The position numbers and the translations under genes were made by a program. The notes under the pieces were generated by a model. That model was not told where the DNA came from. It searched no databases and saw only the letters and a list, made by a program, of their open reading frames with translations. Below, one piece after another: positions 1 to 32,420 of a stretch of DNA of 64,000 nt. Where the stretch lies: NCBI GenBank assembly GCA_000165345.1, contig CM000430.1:768001-832000 (forward strand), written 5' to 3'. Position 1 is the stretch's first letter; every line of letters starts with the position of its first letter.

Positions 1-1012
1 AAGCTAATTGTATGTAAAAAAACACTATTTGTTATCTTTTTTCTTTATTATAAATGAATAATCGACTATTTTTTTATATTAAGAGCTAAACAATTTAATA
101 CTATACATATTTGGACAATTTCCCGCCTAATATTTAATTGGCTTAATTTATTTGAAAGAAGTCATTTTCTAAATATTTATTCCTTTAACAATAATAATAA
201 TAATAGTAATATGAGCACAATTTAATCCATTAAATGTGCAAGTTTCATTTTAATTATATTCAATTTAAAATATAATTAAAATGCATTTTGATTTTAATGT
301 AAATTTAACTCAAAGAAACTTTTAATGACATTTAATGTTCATGCTTGTGCAATAATATAACATATTATTATAATATGGGGAATTTTTTGGAAAGTATTTT
401 TTCATGTTATTCTCATAGATGATTCTTCTTATTAATGTATTTCCTGATTGTTTTCAATTCAGGGAAATAATATACATTGCAAGATAGTTATCTAACAACA
501 TTTTTAAAGAAAAAAAAATTTTTTATTATTTTTACATTCTATTTTACACAATCATTTTTCCATACACAAATAAATAATCACTTTTTTTATTTACATATTA
601 ATATTAACTACCCTCACTTTGCCGCCAATTCGATATTTGACATGTTTCTAACCTCAACATTTAATTTTTACTGGTGTAAACAATTTTTAAGTTTTTTTCG
701 CGGTAAATTTAAAAACTGCATGCAAATTATATAATACAGTTATCATTTCTTTAATGTGAAAGTTACATGCATTCTGGAAACAAAATAAGCGCCAAAACTT
801 CTACCGTATGCATTAATTAAATTAATTAAATTAAAAATAAAAAAAATTATCTACTCGTTAATTTTATTTACTCTAAATCTTTCCTTCTTTATTTATTTAT
901 CTCTTACTTCTTACTATATTCTTACTCTTTCTAGCAGTCGTTAAAACCATATTCTCCCCTCCCTACCTTCACCCTCCCCCAATCGCACCCTAAACCTCTT
1001 CTTTCTCTGTTA

Positions 1013-20752
<19,740 letters not shown>

Positions 20753-21693
20753 TTTTTCCTCTGATATATTAAAAAATACACTCTTCCATCATAAAAATCC
20801 AATAAATCATTCAATTTTCAAAACTAGATAGATTATCACGCTTTGCACCTTTATTTATATTAGAAAAACTTTCATTCAAGGTTTTGGAAGAAAGACTTCC
20901 TTAACAAATCTCTTTATTCTACTTATTCATAAAATACTGAATGACTTTCTAATTACAGCTCTATTCAATTCTTTAATTATCCAACTCTTTTACAATTTTT
21001 TTTTTCTGTTTGAATCCATAACTTTATTTTCTTTGTCTGCAGCAGAGCCAAACATGTGGCCAAAAGGCGCCAACTCTGCATCACTTATACTATGCATAAT
21101 ATAATTGGGATATAATTTTCAAAAAGAAAAAAAAGTAAATTTTGATAAAATTGATTACTGGAAGAATATTAAAAACAATTTAAAGTTTAAATAACCCATT
21201 TTTCTGGGCTTTAATTTACAATTGACTTTTTTAAAAACTCTTCCTCTATTTGATTTCTTTATTATAATTTTAAAATAACTTTTCAAACAATACCTTAAAT
21301 TAATTAGAATGATTTTTTTTGATTCTTAAGAGAATTTAGAATTTATAAACCATTATAGAAATATGTTTTAAAAATTGAGAGAAATTTTTTATAATATTCA
21401 ATTACTAGTAATTTTTTCTTTTTCTCCAATTTTATTCCCTATGCATGCAATTTTCGTTACAATACCGGTGTTACACAAAATTTTGGCGCCAAGTCGATTT
21501 TTTTTTTCTTGAGTTTAATCAGAGGAATAAAACCTATATGAAAAGTAAATATTTGTATATAATTAAAAGTGAGATTTATGAATTAAAGTGAAGGAGTAGA
21601 TTCTAAGTTAGGTGTTAAAAAACACAATTTGATGAACTAGTGACTATTATTATTATTAATATTATTGTTGTAATTAGTCAGTAATAGTTTCTG
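20753..21693. promoter_or_regulatory. Divergent intergenic/promoter region between the VPS13-like gene (minus) and the exportin-like gene (plus)
   Basis: Extremely AT-rich. Contains the E2F-like palindrome-type motifs AAAGGCGCCAAC (21063-21074) and TTTGGCGCCAA (21482-21492), plus ATGCATGCAA (21443-21452). These are the two motif classes known to be over-represented upstream of Cryptosporidium genes. Confidence 0.6.
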
Positions 21694-24600
21694 ATGGAAG
21701 AGGATCATCTGATAGAAAAGGTGAGTAAAAAATCCAAATTTCAGGTAATAATTGAACAGAAATATGAATTTAATTAACTGACTTTAGATTATCTCAAGTA
21801 TTAAAATAACTTTGGATCCAAATAGAAGCTCAGTGAATAATTCTTTAAATTATGAAGGCGATATATGTGGGGTCAGTGAGAGATCTCAATCAGAATATTT
21901 CTTAGATAAAATATGCGATCAAGAGAATCTGAGAATAGATGAACTTGTATTTGAGGTACTAAAATCTGCAAAATTGAAAAGGAAAAGTGGACTTATTGGG
22001 GATGATTTACAACATGGAGTGGAATTTATTAGTTTATCAATTTTGGATAAGTTTGTAATTAGAAGATGGGTACAACTGAGAGATGAAGATAGATCCCGAG
22101 TAAGAAATAAGCTTTTAGAGATTTCAGTTTATGGAATAGACAATATAGATGATGATATGATTCTTGTGAGTTCTTCATTTGCTTTAAGAAAACTTTGTTG
22201 CACCTTTAGCAGGGTAATAATTCAGGATTACTTTACATCTTGGAAAGTATTTATGGAGTCTATTTTAGACTATAGAAGCAGAATAATTAGCCTTGATAAA
22301 CCTGGAGTAGTAATATTAAGTAGTGGTATCTTTTTAAGAAATAGGAATATTTCAAATTTAACAAGATTGGTTTTAGGTATAACAAAAGAGATTTCGGAGA
22401 CTTTATTAATTAATAACTCAAATATAAATGAATTAAACTCAAAGATGAGAGCTTCTTGTACAAATGGACTTTGTGGTGAAATTGAGCCAATATTACGTAT
22501 AATTAGTACTGAACTTCAGAATGCATGTAATTTGAAAGGAAATAGAGAAATGATGAATTTTGATATTTCTCTAGTAAAGCAGAGTTTGGATTGTTTGAAG
22601 AACTTAACAAACATAATAGATTCTGGAAAGTTGTTGAATTTGAGATTGGATGATTTATTAATAATGTTACATAATACTGGAATATTAGAAAATGATGAAG
22701 AAATCTTAGATCTTTTAGATTCTCTTGTACAGAATTTGACAAAAAATAAAAAAGGACTAGTTTTTATTTTAGATTACCAAGATTTGAATAGATTTGTACT
22801 TGGAGTTTCAAACTTAGTCAAAAAAACAGTTTTATCGCCAAAGTTATTTTTAGAAGACCCAGATTATGATACAAGCTTGACTCATTTGAATTGGATAAAA
22901 TTATTTAAAGATCTTATTGAAGGTTGTATTCCAGCAGTACTAAGAATTCCAGACAATATAATTTTAGAGACCTCAAATAATAAGATGAATACAATTACTT
23001 TGATTTGGAAGATTGCTTTAATACTTTGCATGCATCCATATATTTCAGTTTGTGATCTAGCAATTTCCACTCTTTGCCAAATTTCAAGGATTCTTGCAAA
23101 AGATTTCCCAAAAAATTTGTCAAAAGATGGTTCTAAATACATTCAATTGGTGAAAGATTTTCAAATTGATGTTTTGTTAGTAGTTATATTTGTAAGATCA
23201 GTTCGTATTGGAGACCCAAAAATTAACTATTTGACAGATGAATGGAATCAATGGAATTCTTTAATCTTGAATATGATCTTCAATTCTATAGAAAAACTCG
23301 ATTCTGAATCTTTTAATATTCTCTTCCATTTTAAAAATCAGTCATACAACTTTTTTTTAATAACTTCCAAGTATTTTAAACTTCTAGATCAGTACAATAT
23401 TTCTGATTCTTCTCATATTAAAGTTTTTTGTGATTTTGAAACATCAGAAAATACGCAAATCTCAAAAAATAATAATATGATAGGATCATCCTTCAACAAC
23501 TCATATAGCTCTTTAAGAAATAGAATAATTCAACTGGTAAATTCTCTTGTGGATTTTGGACAAGGAATACTTCTGGACCAACTTTTGGAAACCTGTCTTA
23601 ATATTGCAATGTTTATTTTCAGCTCACAACCTTTTAATATAAGATGTAAGAAACATTTGACTTTACAAAATTCTTACAATAATTCTCCTCAAACAGTGTG
23701 TCAAAAGTTGGTTATAGTCGATGGAATATTTATTATACTTGAAACAATTCTCTGTAGAATCAACTCTAAAATTCTTGATAATATTGAAAGTGATAAATTT
23801 TTAGATTCCGATACCCAGTGTGGGGCTGGCGCCTCGTCATTTTTTGATTTGTTAAACCAAAATACAGAATATAAAGAACAAAAAATATGGATTTCATCAC
23901 TGTTTAAATTAATGAATGGTATTTTACAGCTTTCTTTGCTTGATTTATGTGGGAGCTTCTTGGAATCTAGACGACTTATTTTTATTTCTCAAACTGTAAT
24001 GTGTATAGAGTGGTATCAGGAATTATACAAGAATTCAAGTTCTTCCATGATTAAAAGCGATGAGATTTTGAAAATTTATCTGTCTTACTTATTAGATTCT
24101 GGAGGAATAAGAATTCATGAATTAAGAAAAACAGCATCAAATTGTTTATCAAGAATCCTTTTAAGCCATCCAAAATTATTTGAGAAAAATCTTTTACTGA
24201 TTATTCAATTAATTAATGAAAATCTGAATAATTCTTGTACTTGTTTTGAAGAGAAGACTGTCTTGAATTCTGTATTAATAGCTGCTACAAATGCATTAGG
24301 GGACTTTAGCAAGATTTCAGAAAGTTGCGAAATGACTTCAAAAGCAGCTTTTAGTATGATTTCAAGAGATTCATTTCATTTCTCAAATCAAGAGGAATTA
24401 TTAGAATTCTTATTTAAAGATCTTATTGAATCTGTGAAGATGTCTAAGGAACCAATTGAATCAAATTGGAAGAATTTGATACTATTAAAGAATTCTTTAA
24501 CTTTATTATCCTCTATATTTGGAAATGTTAAATTACCAGAAGATTTTTTAACTCTGAAAAATGGAGGATTTCTTAAAGAGGAAAATTCTCATTTTATTTT

Positions 24601-26560
24601 AAGACATCCTTTGGAAAATGTTTCAAGACAAATCTTTGAAACAATATGCTTAATTAATTTGACCTTTTTACAGATTTGTGATAGCCATTTACATACTAAT
24701 ATAACCAATAATAAATCCCAATTGGAAGAATTGAATATAATTTCTCTTTTCAACGCCATCTCAGATCAAGAATGGATGCATAGGAGTGGTATTAAGAATC
24801 AATCTGATAACAAGATTATTAAACTGTCTCAGATTACTAGTTATAAGATGATTTTTTATAATAGCCTTTTTCAAATCAGAAGAATTACTTTTTCAATTAG
24901 AAATCTTTTAATAAGATTACTAGTATTCACATTTACACTTGGTACTTATAAAGATATCTTTAATGATCAAAGTAATAAGATGATTTTAAATCCAGGACAG
25001 TATTTTGATGAAGTTAATGTTAATCTGCTTATAAAGACATTGATAGATCCAATCAGATCTTTACCAATTAATATTCTAAATTTTATTATTAAAAATGGTT
25101 TGGCTATTATTCTTTCTCCTCAATCGCTTCCAAGATTTCAAGATGGTCATCCCACGGATATATTTTTAGAAGAGGTATTTTCCAATAGATTTGTCCCTAT
25201 AGTACTTGATAGACTTAAGTCTGAGTGGCAAAATTTAATGATTTCACAAGCATTCATATTATCTTCATCCATTTCAGAATTAAAAAATTTAAACTTGGAA
25301 AATATATCTTCATCAATAATACCTTTTCAAGATCCATTTAAAGTATTATTAAATTTAAATTTTGATAATAATGAATTCCAAAATAATATAATCCAAGATA
25401 ACTCTCTTTATAATGTTATCTACAATTCTCATTATAATGATTTATCAGAAACTTGTTTAACCATTTTAAAGATTATAAATGGATTCATTCTAAGTACAAA
25501 CCGTCAATGGCAAACAAACTTTAAATCAAAAACTGGGTCCAAGTTAATTAATTATCCAAATAAAATTAAATCATTATCTAATAATAATGAAGATTTTCAA
25601 ATGGATAGTAGTTTTAGTGGATACCAATATAATCAAAATCAATATTATGAAGATCATGAATTTCAAGATTCAATTTTAATGGATTGTGAAGATTCAGGAA
25701 ATCATTCTTCACAAAAAAACAAAGTGCAACCAAAGCATGTTGTATTGTCCCAAGTTTTTCTTTTAAATCAAAATCTGATGAGATCTTGCTTGGAAATATT
25801 GATCGAATTTTTAAGCTTTCCAGATCCAAATATTTTAGAGACTTCATTACATATAATTCAAAGGTACCTTCAACTATATATTAACTTTACAAATCAAGGA
25901 ATCCATTCAAAATACTCTCATATACATGTTTTTTTAATTAAAAATCTTCTAATTCAACTTTTTAAAGTAGGGCCCAGAGCATTACCATTTGATCCACTTA
26001 ACCTTTCTCCAAGCAAGAATGATAATATAAAAATAGTAACTCCTTTAAACTCTTATATCAAGTTAAACCATCCAAATTTACTTAAAAATACTATTATTGA
26101 TTGCATTCAGAGCATTATTAGATCAGACCAAGACTGCCTAAATTTCATAAATAATACAAAAAATGAGCTCAGTAAAGACTTGAGTAATAATATTTTAACC
26201 TGCAGAAATTTATCTTCGTCCAATTCTATGACTTATAATAACTTTTTTCCAGAACAACAGATATCAATTCCAGATAAAATCTTGGAAAATGCTTATAAAA
26301 ACTTGGAATTTCTATTCTCAAATTCTAATGAGTATTTACCTTCTGGATCAGAAAGGATATTTTCTCAACAAGATTTAATCCTTATATGTAAGACTTTTCT
26401 TCAAGAACATATTATGGATATAGTCTTCTCTACTCAAACTCCTATATTTAGTGCTTTAATTGGAAATATCCTCCAAAAACTCAGTCAAATATCGTCTCAG
26501 AATGAGCAAAATCCATATATCAACTTTACCACGTTTATCAAGCCAACTTTCCTTCAGTAA
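21694..26560 (+). CDS. Exportin-like importin-beta-family karyopherin. Two exons: 21694..21720 and 21788..26560, with a 67-nt intron at 21721..21787
   Basis: The ORF-track start at 21812 is a TTG, not an ATG. The reading frame stays open back to 21788, which sits directly after the sequence TTTAG. A short ATG exon, ATGGAAGAGGATCATCTGATAGAAAAG, lies 67 nt upstream and is followed by GTGAGT. Exon 1 is 27 nt in phase 0, and the total CDS is 4800 nt, or 1600 codons. The spliced N-terminus reads MEEDHLIEK|IISSIKITLDPNRSS... The segment EFISLSILDKFVIRRWVQLRDEDRSRVRNKLLEI resembles the importin-N/exportin N-terminal motif, as in the exportin-5 sequence HFGLQILEHVVKFRWNGMSRLEKVYLKNSVMELI. The protein is long, 1599 aa, and looks HEAT-like and helical. 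Confidence 0.6.
21721..21787 (+). other. Intron 1 of the exportin-like gene (GTGAGT...ACTTTAG, 67 nt)
   Basis: Canonical donor and acceptor. Phase 0/0 is compatible with the upstream 9-codon ATG exon. The in-frame TAG at 21785-21787 is the acceptor AG itself. Confidence 0.65.
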
Positions 26561-26591
26561 TTATTAACAAAATACCTCTTCTTAATACTTT

Positions 26592-29500
26592 CTATTTTAA
26601 TTCATTATTTAAAATCTTTCCGAACTTAAGCAATGCAAGCTTTGAGTTTCCTGTTGATTCTGAAATTAAAAAGCCTCCAACATCTGCATATATTGGATGC
26701 CCTCTAACCGAAAGTAAACTATAATCCTTTTTTTCATTATCTAACTCGTTTTCTTCTTCATTGATTGAAGTCTGATGTATCCTAATATTATTTCCTTCAG
26801 CTACACTCGTTTCTTCAATTTGAGTTATTTGGCTCGAACTTGTTGAGTCTACTTCCCCCTCAATCTCTCTCTCAATACGTGTATTAGAATGAATTACTTC
26901 ATTTCTATTCACATTACTTTCAGTAAATGTATGAACCACTGGATAAGAGCGAGTGGGAGATTTTCTTTTATACCCCTCCTCATATTGTGAACTAAGCATG
27001 TGAAAGTATCCAAACTTTAATTTAGGAGATAGACTTTCAGTATCAAAAATTCGAACATATTTATCCTTGGTATTGATTGATAAAACCAAATCCCCATTGG
27101 AGTTGTAAACCGACCTTCGATAGCTTTGGGAATCCCTCAAAGTTGGAATATTAAAACCTCTGCCCCCATTGCCATGATTAGTTTCTTTTAACCTTAAATC
27201 TAACTGCTTAAGATAATCATCCACTCCACTTATTACCATCTTGAGGTCATCTTTTGGAGAGAAGCATGACATAATTGCCATACATGGTAACTCGAATTTT
27301 ATAATAGGATTGTTTCCATTGATTTTCTGCCTTAAGTCCCATAACTTGCAGCTTGAGTCAAAAGATGCAGTAGAAAATATCTGTGGATGATAATTTGCAA
27401 ATCTTACAATATTAATATGCGACATGTGCATACTTGGTAGAATTTTTACCTGAGATCCAGTATTTGTATCATACAAACCAACGGATTTACCGAATCCACT
27501 TGCTAAGTAATAATCATCTGTAGCATTTACCGAAAGTGAGCTTAATTGAGGAAATGGTTTACTCTTATTTTCAGTATTAAATAAATACGGAAATTTGTCT
27601 TCTTGCTTATCTTGATCAACTTTTCTATTGCTTTGAAAATTGTTATTCTGGTCTTGAAGGTAATCTATAGGCTGATAAAATGGATTTTCTTTATAACTTA
27701 AAATTGAAATTGTACCCAATAAACAACTTCCTGCTACAAATGTTTGTGGATGGCAATTGAACCAAGATAAACCAATAATAGGGCTTAAAGAAATTCCTAA
27801 AAGCGTTTTAAGAGGGAAGAAAAAAGTTTCAGTTAATTTCGAATTTTTTGTTTTTTCGAAGAATCTTAATTACGGAATATAACATAAATATGTTATAAAA
27901 GAAATATTTTTCTTTCTTTACGCTTGATATAATTACAACATTTAATTCTTTATTATATTTAATTCATCCAAATATGTTATTATAAATGGCAATTGCAAAC
28001 CTGCCTTGCTTGCATGCAATACATTACATGAATTTTGCAATACAGTAACAGCAGTGTATTAAGTTTGCTTGCATGCAAATTGAAAATGCTAAAGTGGATT
28101 TGTTTTGACCACTGTACTATTTTTATGCATGCAATTTTATTAATGCCACGTGTATATATTACACGTAATTAATATCTGGAGAATAAATGAATACCAAATA
28201 ACTAAATATAGTATTTTTCATCAAGGTAAAAATAATGGTTCATACAAATATATTAAACTAATATATTTGCATGAATATTTATTTCAAACCGTATATGATT
28301 TCTTCTCGACAATTAAGTAAACTTACCTTGTTCAGCCAAAATAACGTCATTATATCTATCAATCAATTTAACCTTTCCCAAAGAAGTTCCAATTAAGATT
28401 ATATCTGACCTATCAGAGTGAAATTCAAACTGCCTAGTATCTTGCGAACTCTGTAATAATGTGAATTTATATTGATTTTTAATTATGAGATCTTCTTTAA
28501 AACTGTCATCAAGCCTAGTATTTTCTGAATTTGAGATGGAGTCGAAATACAAAGTGTTTTGAATAGGTTGTGAATCAAAGCTTAAAAATCTTGAGCTAAT
28601 ATCACCATAAAATTTCCCAACTATTAAGTCTTTGTAAATTTCGTTTGTATTTTTTATTAAGCTTTTTAAACAAAAATTATCTTTTGATTCAGGATTTTGT
28701 AATGAAATATCGCCAGAGTATTCTTTATGATCTTTAAACCTATTTAGTTCTCTATATAAAGTGATTATTCTACACTTTGAAAACTTCACAGTAGAATTTA
28801 ACATGTGGCCTTCCAATGATGAGAATGATGAAAATGAAGGCATTGTTGACATATTTGAAATACCTGAAAAGGATCTCTGTATTATAAATTGATTCTCAAG
28901 TGATTCATTCGTATTGTCAATATTACTTTTCAATACAAAATCATGCTCTTCTTCAACTTTTATTGGCAAAAAACTGATTTTTGACAATCTTAAACCATCT
29001 GAAGACCAGCTAATAGGAATTATAAATTCTTTATGTATCTTAAACTGTTCTTTAAGATCCTCATAAATTTCTTCCGTTCCAATTTGTTTAATTTCCGCTT
29101 TAATTTTCTCACCATTAACAAAAAAGAAATTCTTTGATAAGCTACCGAGTAGATCCCCAGAATAAGACTTTAATTTACTCAAAATCTTTTCATTTTTTGT
29201 CAAATTCTCTCCATAAACTTTTTTCCCCATCTCCTTCTCCTGCAAAAATATCTCGCTACTATCTTCATTTTCCTCATTTTCGTAATCGCTCAGCTTCCTC
29301 CATCCTATGCCTTTTAATATGAAGATATTATAACAATGTTCATCTTTAAAACCATCACAAATAACTCCGTCCAAGTTTGCTTTTATCAAATAAATTAAAT
29401 CGGCCATACACGCTTCTTCTTTATTTAAAGTTATATATCTTCTATTAATCTGTCTCTCTAAGCCTTGAGGATTCTGAATTATATTTAATATTAACTCCAA

Positions 29501-31183
29501 ATTAGCTTTGGGAGCAATACTAAGAGGTAAATTATCACTTGAAAGTGAAGAATTTTGCAATGAAGAGAATATACCCGAATTAAAATTCCTTATGTCTTGT
29601 AAATTTGATCTATTAGGATTGTAATACCAAGTACATCCCAAGAGAGTCTTTGGATATTCACACCAACATGAGTAACTTTGATCATTATCGAATGCTGAGT
29701 CTTGCAAGTTAATACTAGTTGCAAACATATTAAATATTATAGAATTTGAACATAACATTTTAAAATACTGTCTTATATTCTGAAACTCCAAATTACATGT
29801 TCTATTAATTACTGAACATGGGGTTGTGCAATTTACCGGACTATGAGTTAAATTCATATTTGAATAGTAGTCATTAACAGCTCCAAATCTAATCTCGCCT
29901 TTTACACCCTTTTGATCTTTATGCATCTGGCTCAACACCTCAGAGAAAAGTTGAAAACCCTCATTGTTTGGAATTCCCACTTGTTTAAATGCTGAAATAG
30001 ATCTTGGAGTTAAGGATGTTGTCCAGTTTGGGTTGCTGGCGTAAGAAATAAATGCATTAGCTATTGTGACAAACTCTATGGAACTTGAAGCTACTTTATA
30101 CATGATCCCACCATCATCTCTATCTTCCTCCTCTTCCTCTATCTTCTCCTCTTCCAGTATCCCTAAATTTGTTCCTTCCATCTTTGACTGAGTTATGATC
30201 TTTGAATAATTACCTAGGAACGACTTCCTATGAATATTTATTGGAAGTTGTAGCTTTTTGCTCCCCAGTAAATTGTCATTATCACATTTAGGATTAGGTA
30301 TATCGACTACATTTACCATATGTACAAGCTCCTTTGGTAGCTCTAAAAGATATCTACCATGTGAATTAGGCTCAGAGCTAATAATATTCCCAATTCGCCC
30401 TCCTATCAAAATCTCTCGAATCCTAATTGGACATGGAAGCCGAATAAAATGTCTGCATGTATGTAAAGTTGATAAATACTTAATCTTCTTTGCAAAATCA
30501 AAAATTCGACTAATTACTGTATCCTCCATATCTTGATATATCTTTGGGTCAATCTTAACTGAAGTTATTGGAGTCATTATATCTATGCACGTACCAATCC
30601 TTAACCAGAAAATATGATTTGGATCTTCATTTAGTATATTCATGTAAAATACCAACCTCCAATTCACTAATTCTGTTGCAAGTGAAATATCCAATCTTAT
30701 ATTTTCCAATTCGCTATTATCCAACTCTGATACTGGCTTTTTTCCTTGATTTAATGTTATTTTATGATTGTTCTCATCCCACCAATTGTACTCCAATATC
30801 TTAAGAAAGTTATCCTCGTTCCCAAACTCTATAGAGTAAGCTTCTACTTCCTCTATAGGCATATGCGTATTTCTCTTACTATTTAGATTTTTTATTATGT
30901 TATTCCCATTTCTTTCAAACCGATAATCTCCCAAATCATCCCTTTTATTAGCTGGAATTTGTTGAGCATTTTCAAAACACCATTTTTTCCCTTTTTTGTT
31001 TTGTACAAAACCAAATTTATGGCAGTAGAATCTCCATATTATTGGGTTATTGTGTATTGTTAAATATGCAGAATTGCATGTTAAACTCAGACTAATTGTA
31101 TCTTTTGGTTCCAAAAAATAACATATTCCCATAATTATCTCCTTAGGAATTTTAAGAAGTGTTGGAGCTATTGCAAAAGCCAT
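26592..31183 (-). CDS. F-box / WD40-repeat protein (FBXW-like). Proposed two-exon gene: exon 1 at 31183..28327 and exon 2 at 27796..26592, with a candidate 530-nt intron at 27797..28326
   Basis: A real ATG at 31183..31181 opens the N-terminus MAFAIAPTLLKIPKEIIMGICYFLEPKDTISLSLTCNSAYLTIHNNPIIWRF, which is an F-box motif (LP.EI...I..FL...D...L...C......P..W). The 956-aa ORF ends ...HSDRSDIILIGTSLGKVKLIDRYNDVILAEQ and looks like a truncated WD40 blade. Its stop lies inside a perfect donor, CAAG|GTAAGT (GT at plus 28326/28325). The downstream 375-aa ORF is WD40-rich, for example YYLASGFGKSVGLYDTNTGSQVKIL and SSCKLWDLRQ. Its track start is TTG, it has no in-frame ATG for about 95 codons, and it stays open upstream to 27869. 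An acceptor, TTTTTCTTCCCTCTTAAAACGCTTTTAG| (AG at plus 27798/27797), sits in the correct phase-1 register. The junction reads ...VILAEQ-G-ISLSPIIGLSWFNCHPQTFVAGSCLLGTISIL..., and the total CDS is 4062 nt, or 1354 codons. The alternative is two separate genes, with an undetected 5' exon for the WD40 gene. Confidence 0.5.
27870..28312. promoter_or_regulatory. TGCATGCA motif cluster lying inside the candidate intron, or the promoter of a separate WD40 gene
   Basis: Three copies of the palindromic TGCATGCA motif at 28008-28022, 28066-28081 and 28124-28138, set in AT-rich sequence. This argues for promoter function and is the main evidence against the single-gene intron model. Confidence 0.4.
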
Positions 31184-32420
31184 TTTTATTTTATATTCTT
31201 TTTTCTCCTTTTCTTCAATTTCTTCCTTTTCTCTCTATTTCATCTTTATTATCCTTTTATATGTGATATTTGGTATTCTGTGAGGTTAATACTTTCAATT
31301 TCTGATATTATATTTTTGTTTTCTTTTCGTCTTATATATATATGGTCTCGAATTCAGTTATTCCTGAATAAAGCAATATAAATTAATAATTTCTTTATTT
31401 TAGTTCTTAAATGAAGAAGAAAGGAGAGACTAGGATAAACAAATTGTTTATTACTTTACTATTATTTCCAAGGCTTATTTAAAGTTTTCCGCCCCTTTTT
31501 TTTTTGTTAAGACTAGTACATATTTACAGAAACCTATTAAGATAACAAACTCAACTATTTTTGCATGAGTTTATCGTCAATTAAATCAATTCCGAGCAAA
31601 AATCAAGATGCATGCATGTAATACATGCATTGCATTACAAACATTGCATGCATCTTGTATTTGCTGCATTTCTAATCAATTGATAATTATTTATGCAAAA
31701 AAAAATGTTAAAATATTCAACAAATATTAAAACTAATTAGTATCAAATATTTTCTAAAATATATTAGTTTATAAAAAGTGATTTTCTTATTTTTAAAAAA
31801 ACCAATTCTTTTCAACACATTTTTGCCTAATAATTCTTAACACAAAAAAAATAACGCGCTAACTCGAGAAATTGAGCGCCAAGTATTAATAATTGTATTA
31901 TTAATCATGATAAATATTATTAATAATTACATACCGGCACAAGTAGTATGGGGGCGGAAGAAGAGGAAAAAAAATAAAAAAAAATGAGGCTGAGGGGAAA
32001 AGTGGAGGTAATTTAAAGTTGATAATATAGGAATATTTTATTCTTTCTTATTCCTCTAAACTCTCTAAAAAATTTGCTTAATTGAGTTTCATAACACATT
32101 TTAAAGGAGGAATAGCTAGTGATAAGCTTTTTCTATTCACGCTTTAAATACTGATAGAATATACAAAATAGCAGAGCAATTTTTTTCTTTTTTTTTTTGA
32201 ATGCTGAGCTATTAAACAAGAACTTTACTTTTAAAATAAGAAAGAAAATAAAACTTCAAAGAAAAAGTCATCTATAGCTAATTTGAGCAAATAATTATAA
32301 TCACCTATAAGTTACTTGTTAAAATAAATTAATATTCATTACATATGCCCATTACAAGAATACGAATATATGTATAAATCAACTTATTAAATTAAGATAA
32401 TATTAGCTTAAAACAAAGTA
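31184..32420. promoter_or_regulatory. Long (about 1.2 kb) divergent promoter region between the F-box gene and the RGG-protein gene
   Basis: Contains a dense GCATGC cluster at 31608-31652 (GATGCATGCATGTAATACATGCATTGCATTACAAACATTGCATGCATC). It also has GAGCGCCAAG at 31875-31884 and an inverted pair of GC-box-like elements, TTTTCCGCCCC (31485-31495) and GGGGCGGAAG (31951-31960). No convincing ORF. Confidence 0.5.

Noticed and set aside
477-734. 85-aa ORF in the left flank
   Set aside because: Starts at TTG, is Phe/Asn/Ile-rich low complexity, and has no motif. The region is better explained as promoter or UTR.
27870-28326. Independent 5' exon for the WD40 ORF inside the 27870-28326 interval
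   Set aside because: I could not find an ATG followed by a canonical GTAAGT- or GTATGT-type donor in the correct phase on the minus strand there. It is not formally excluded, and is kept as the alternative hypothesis in the F-box/WD40 finding.
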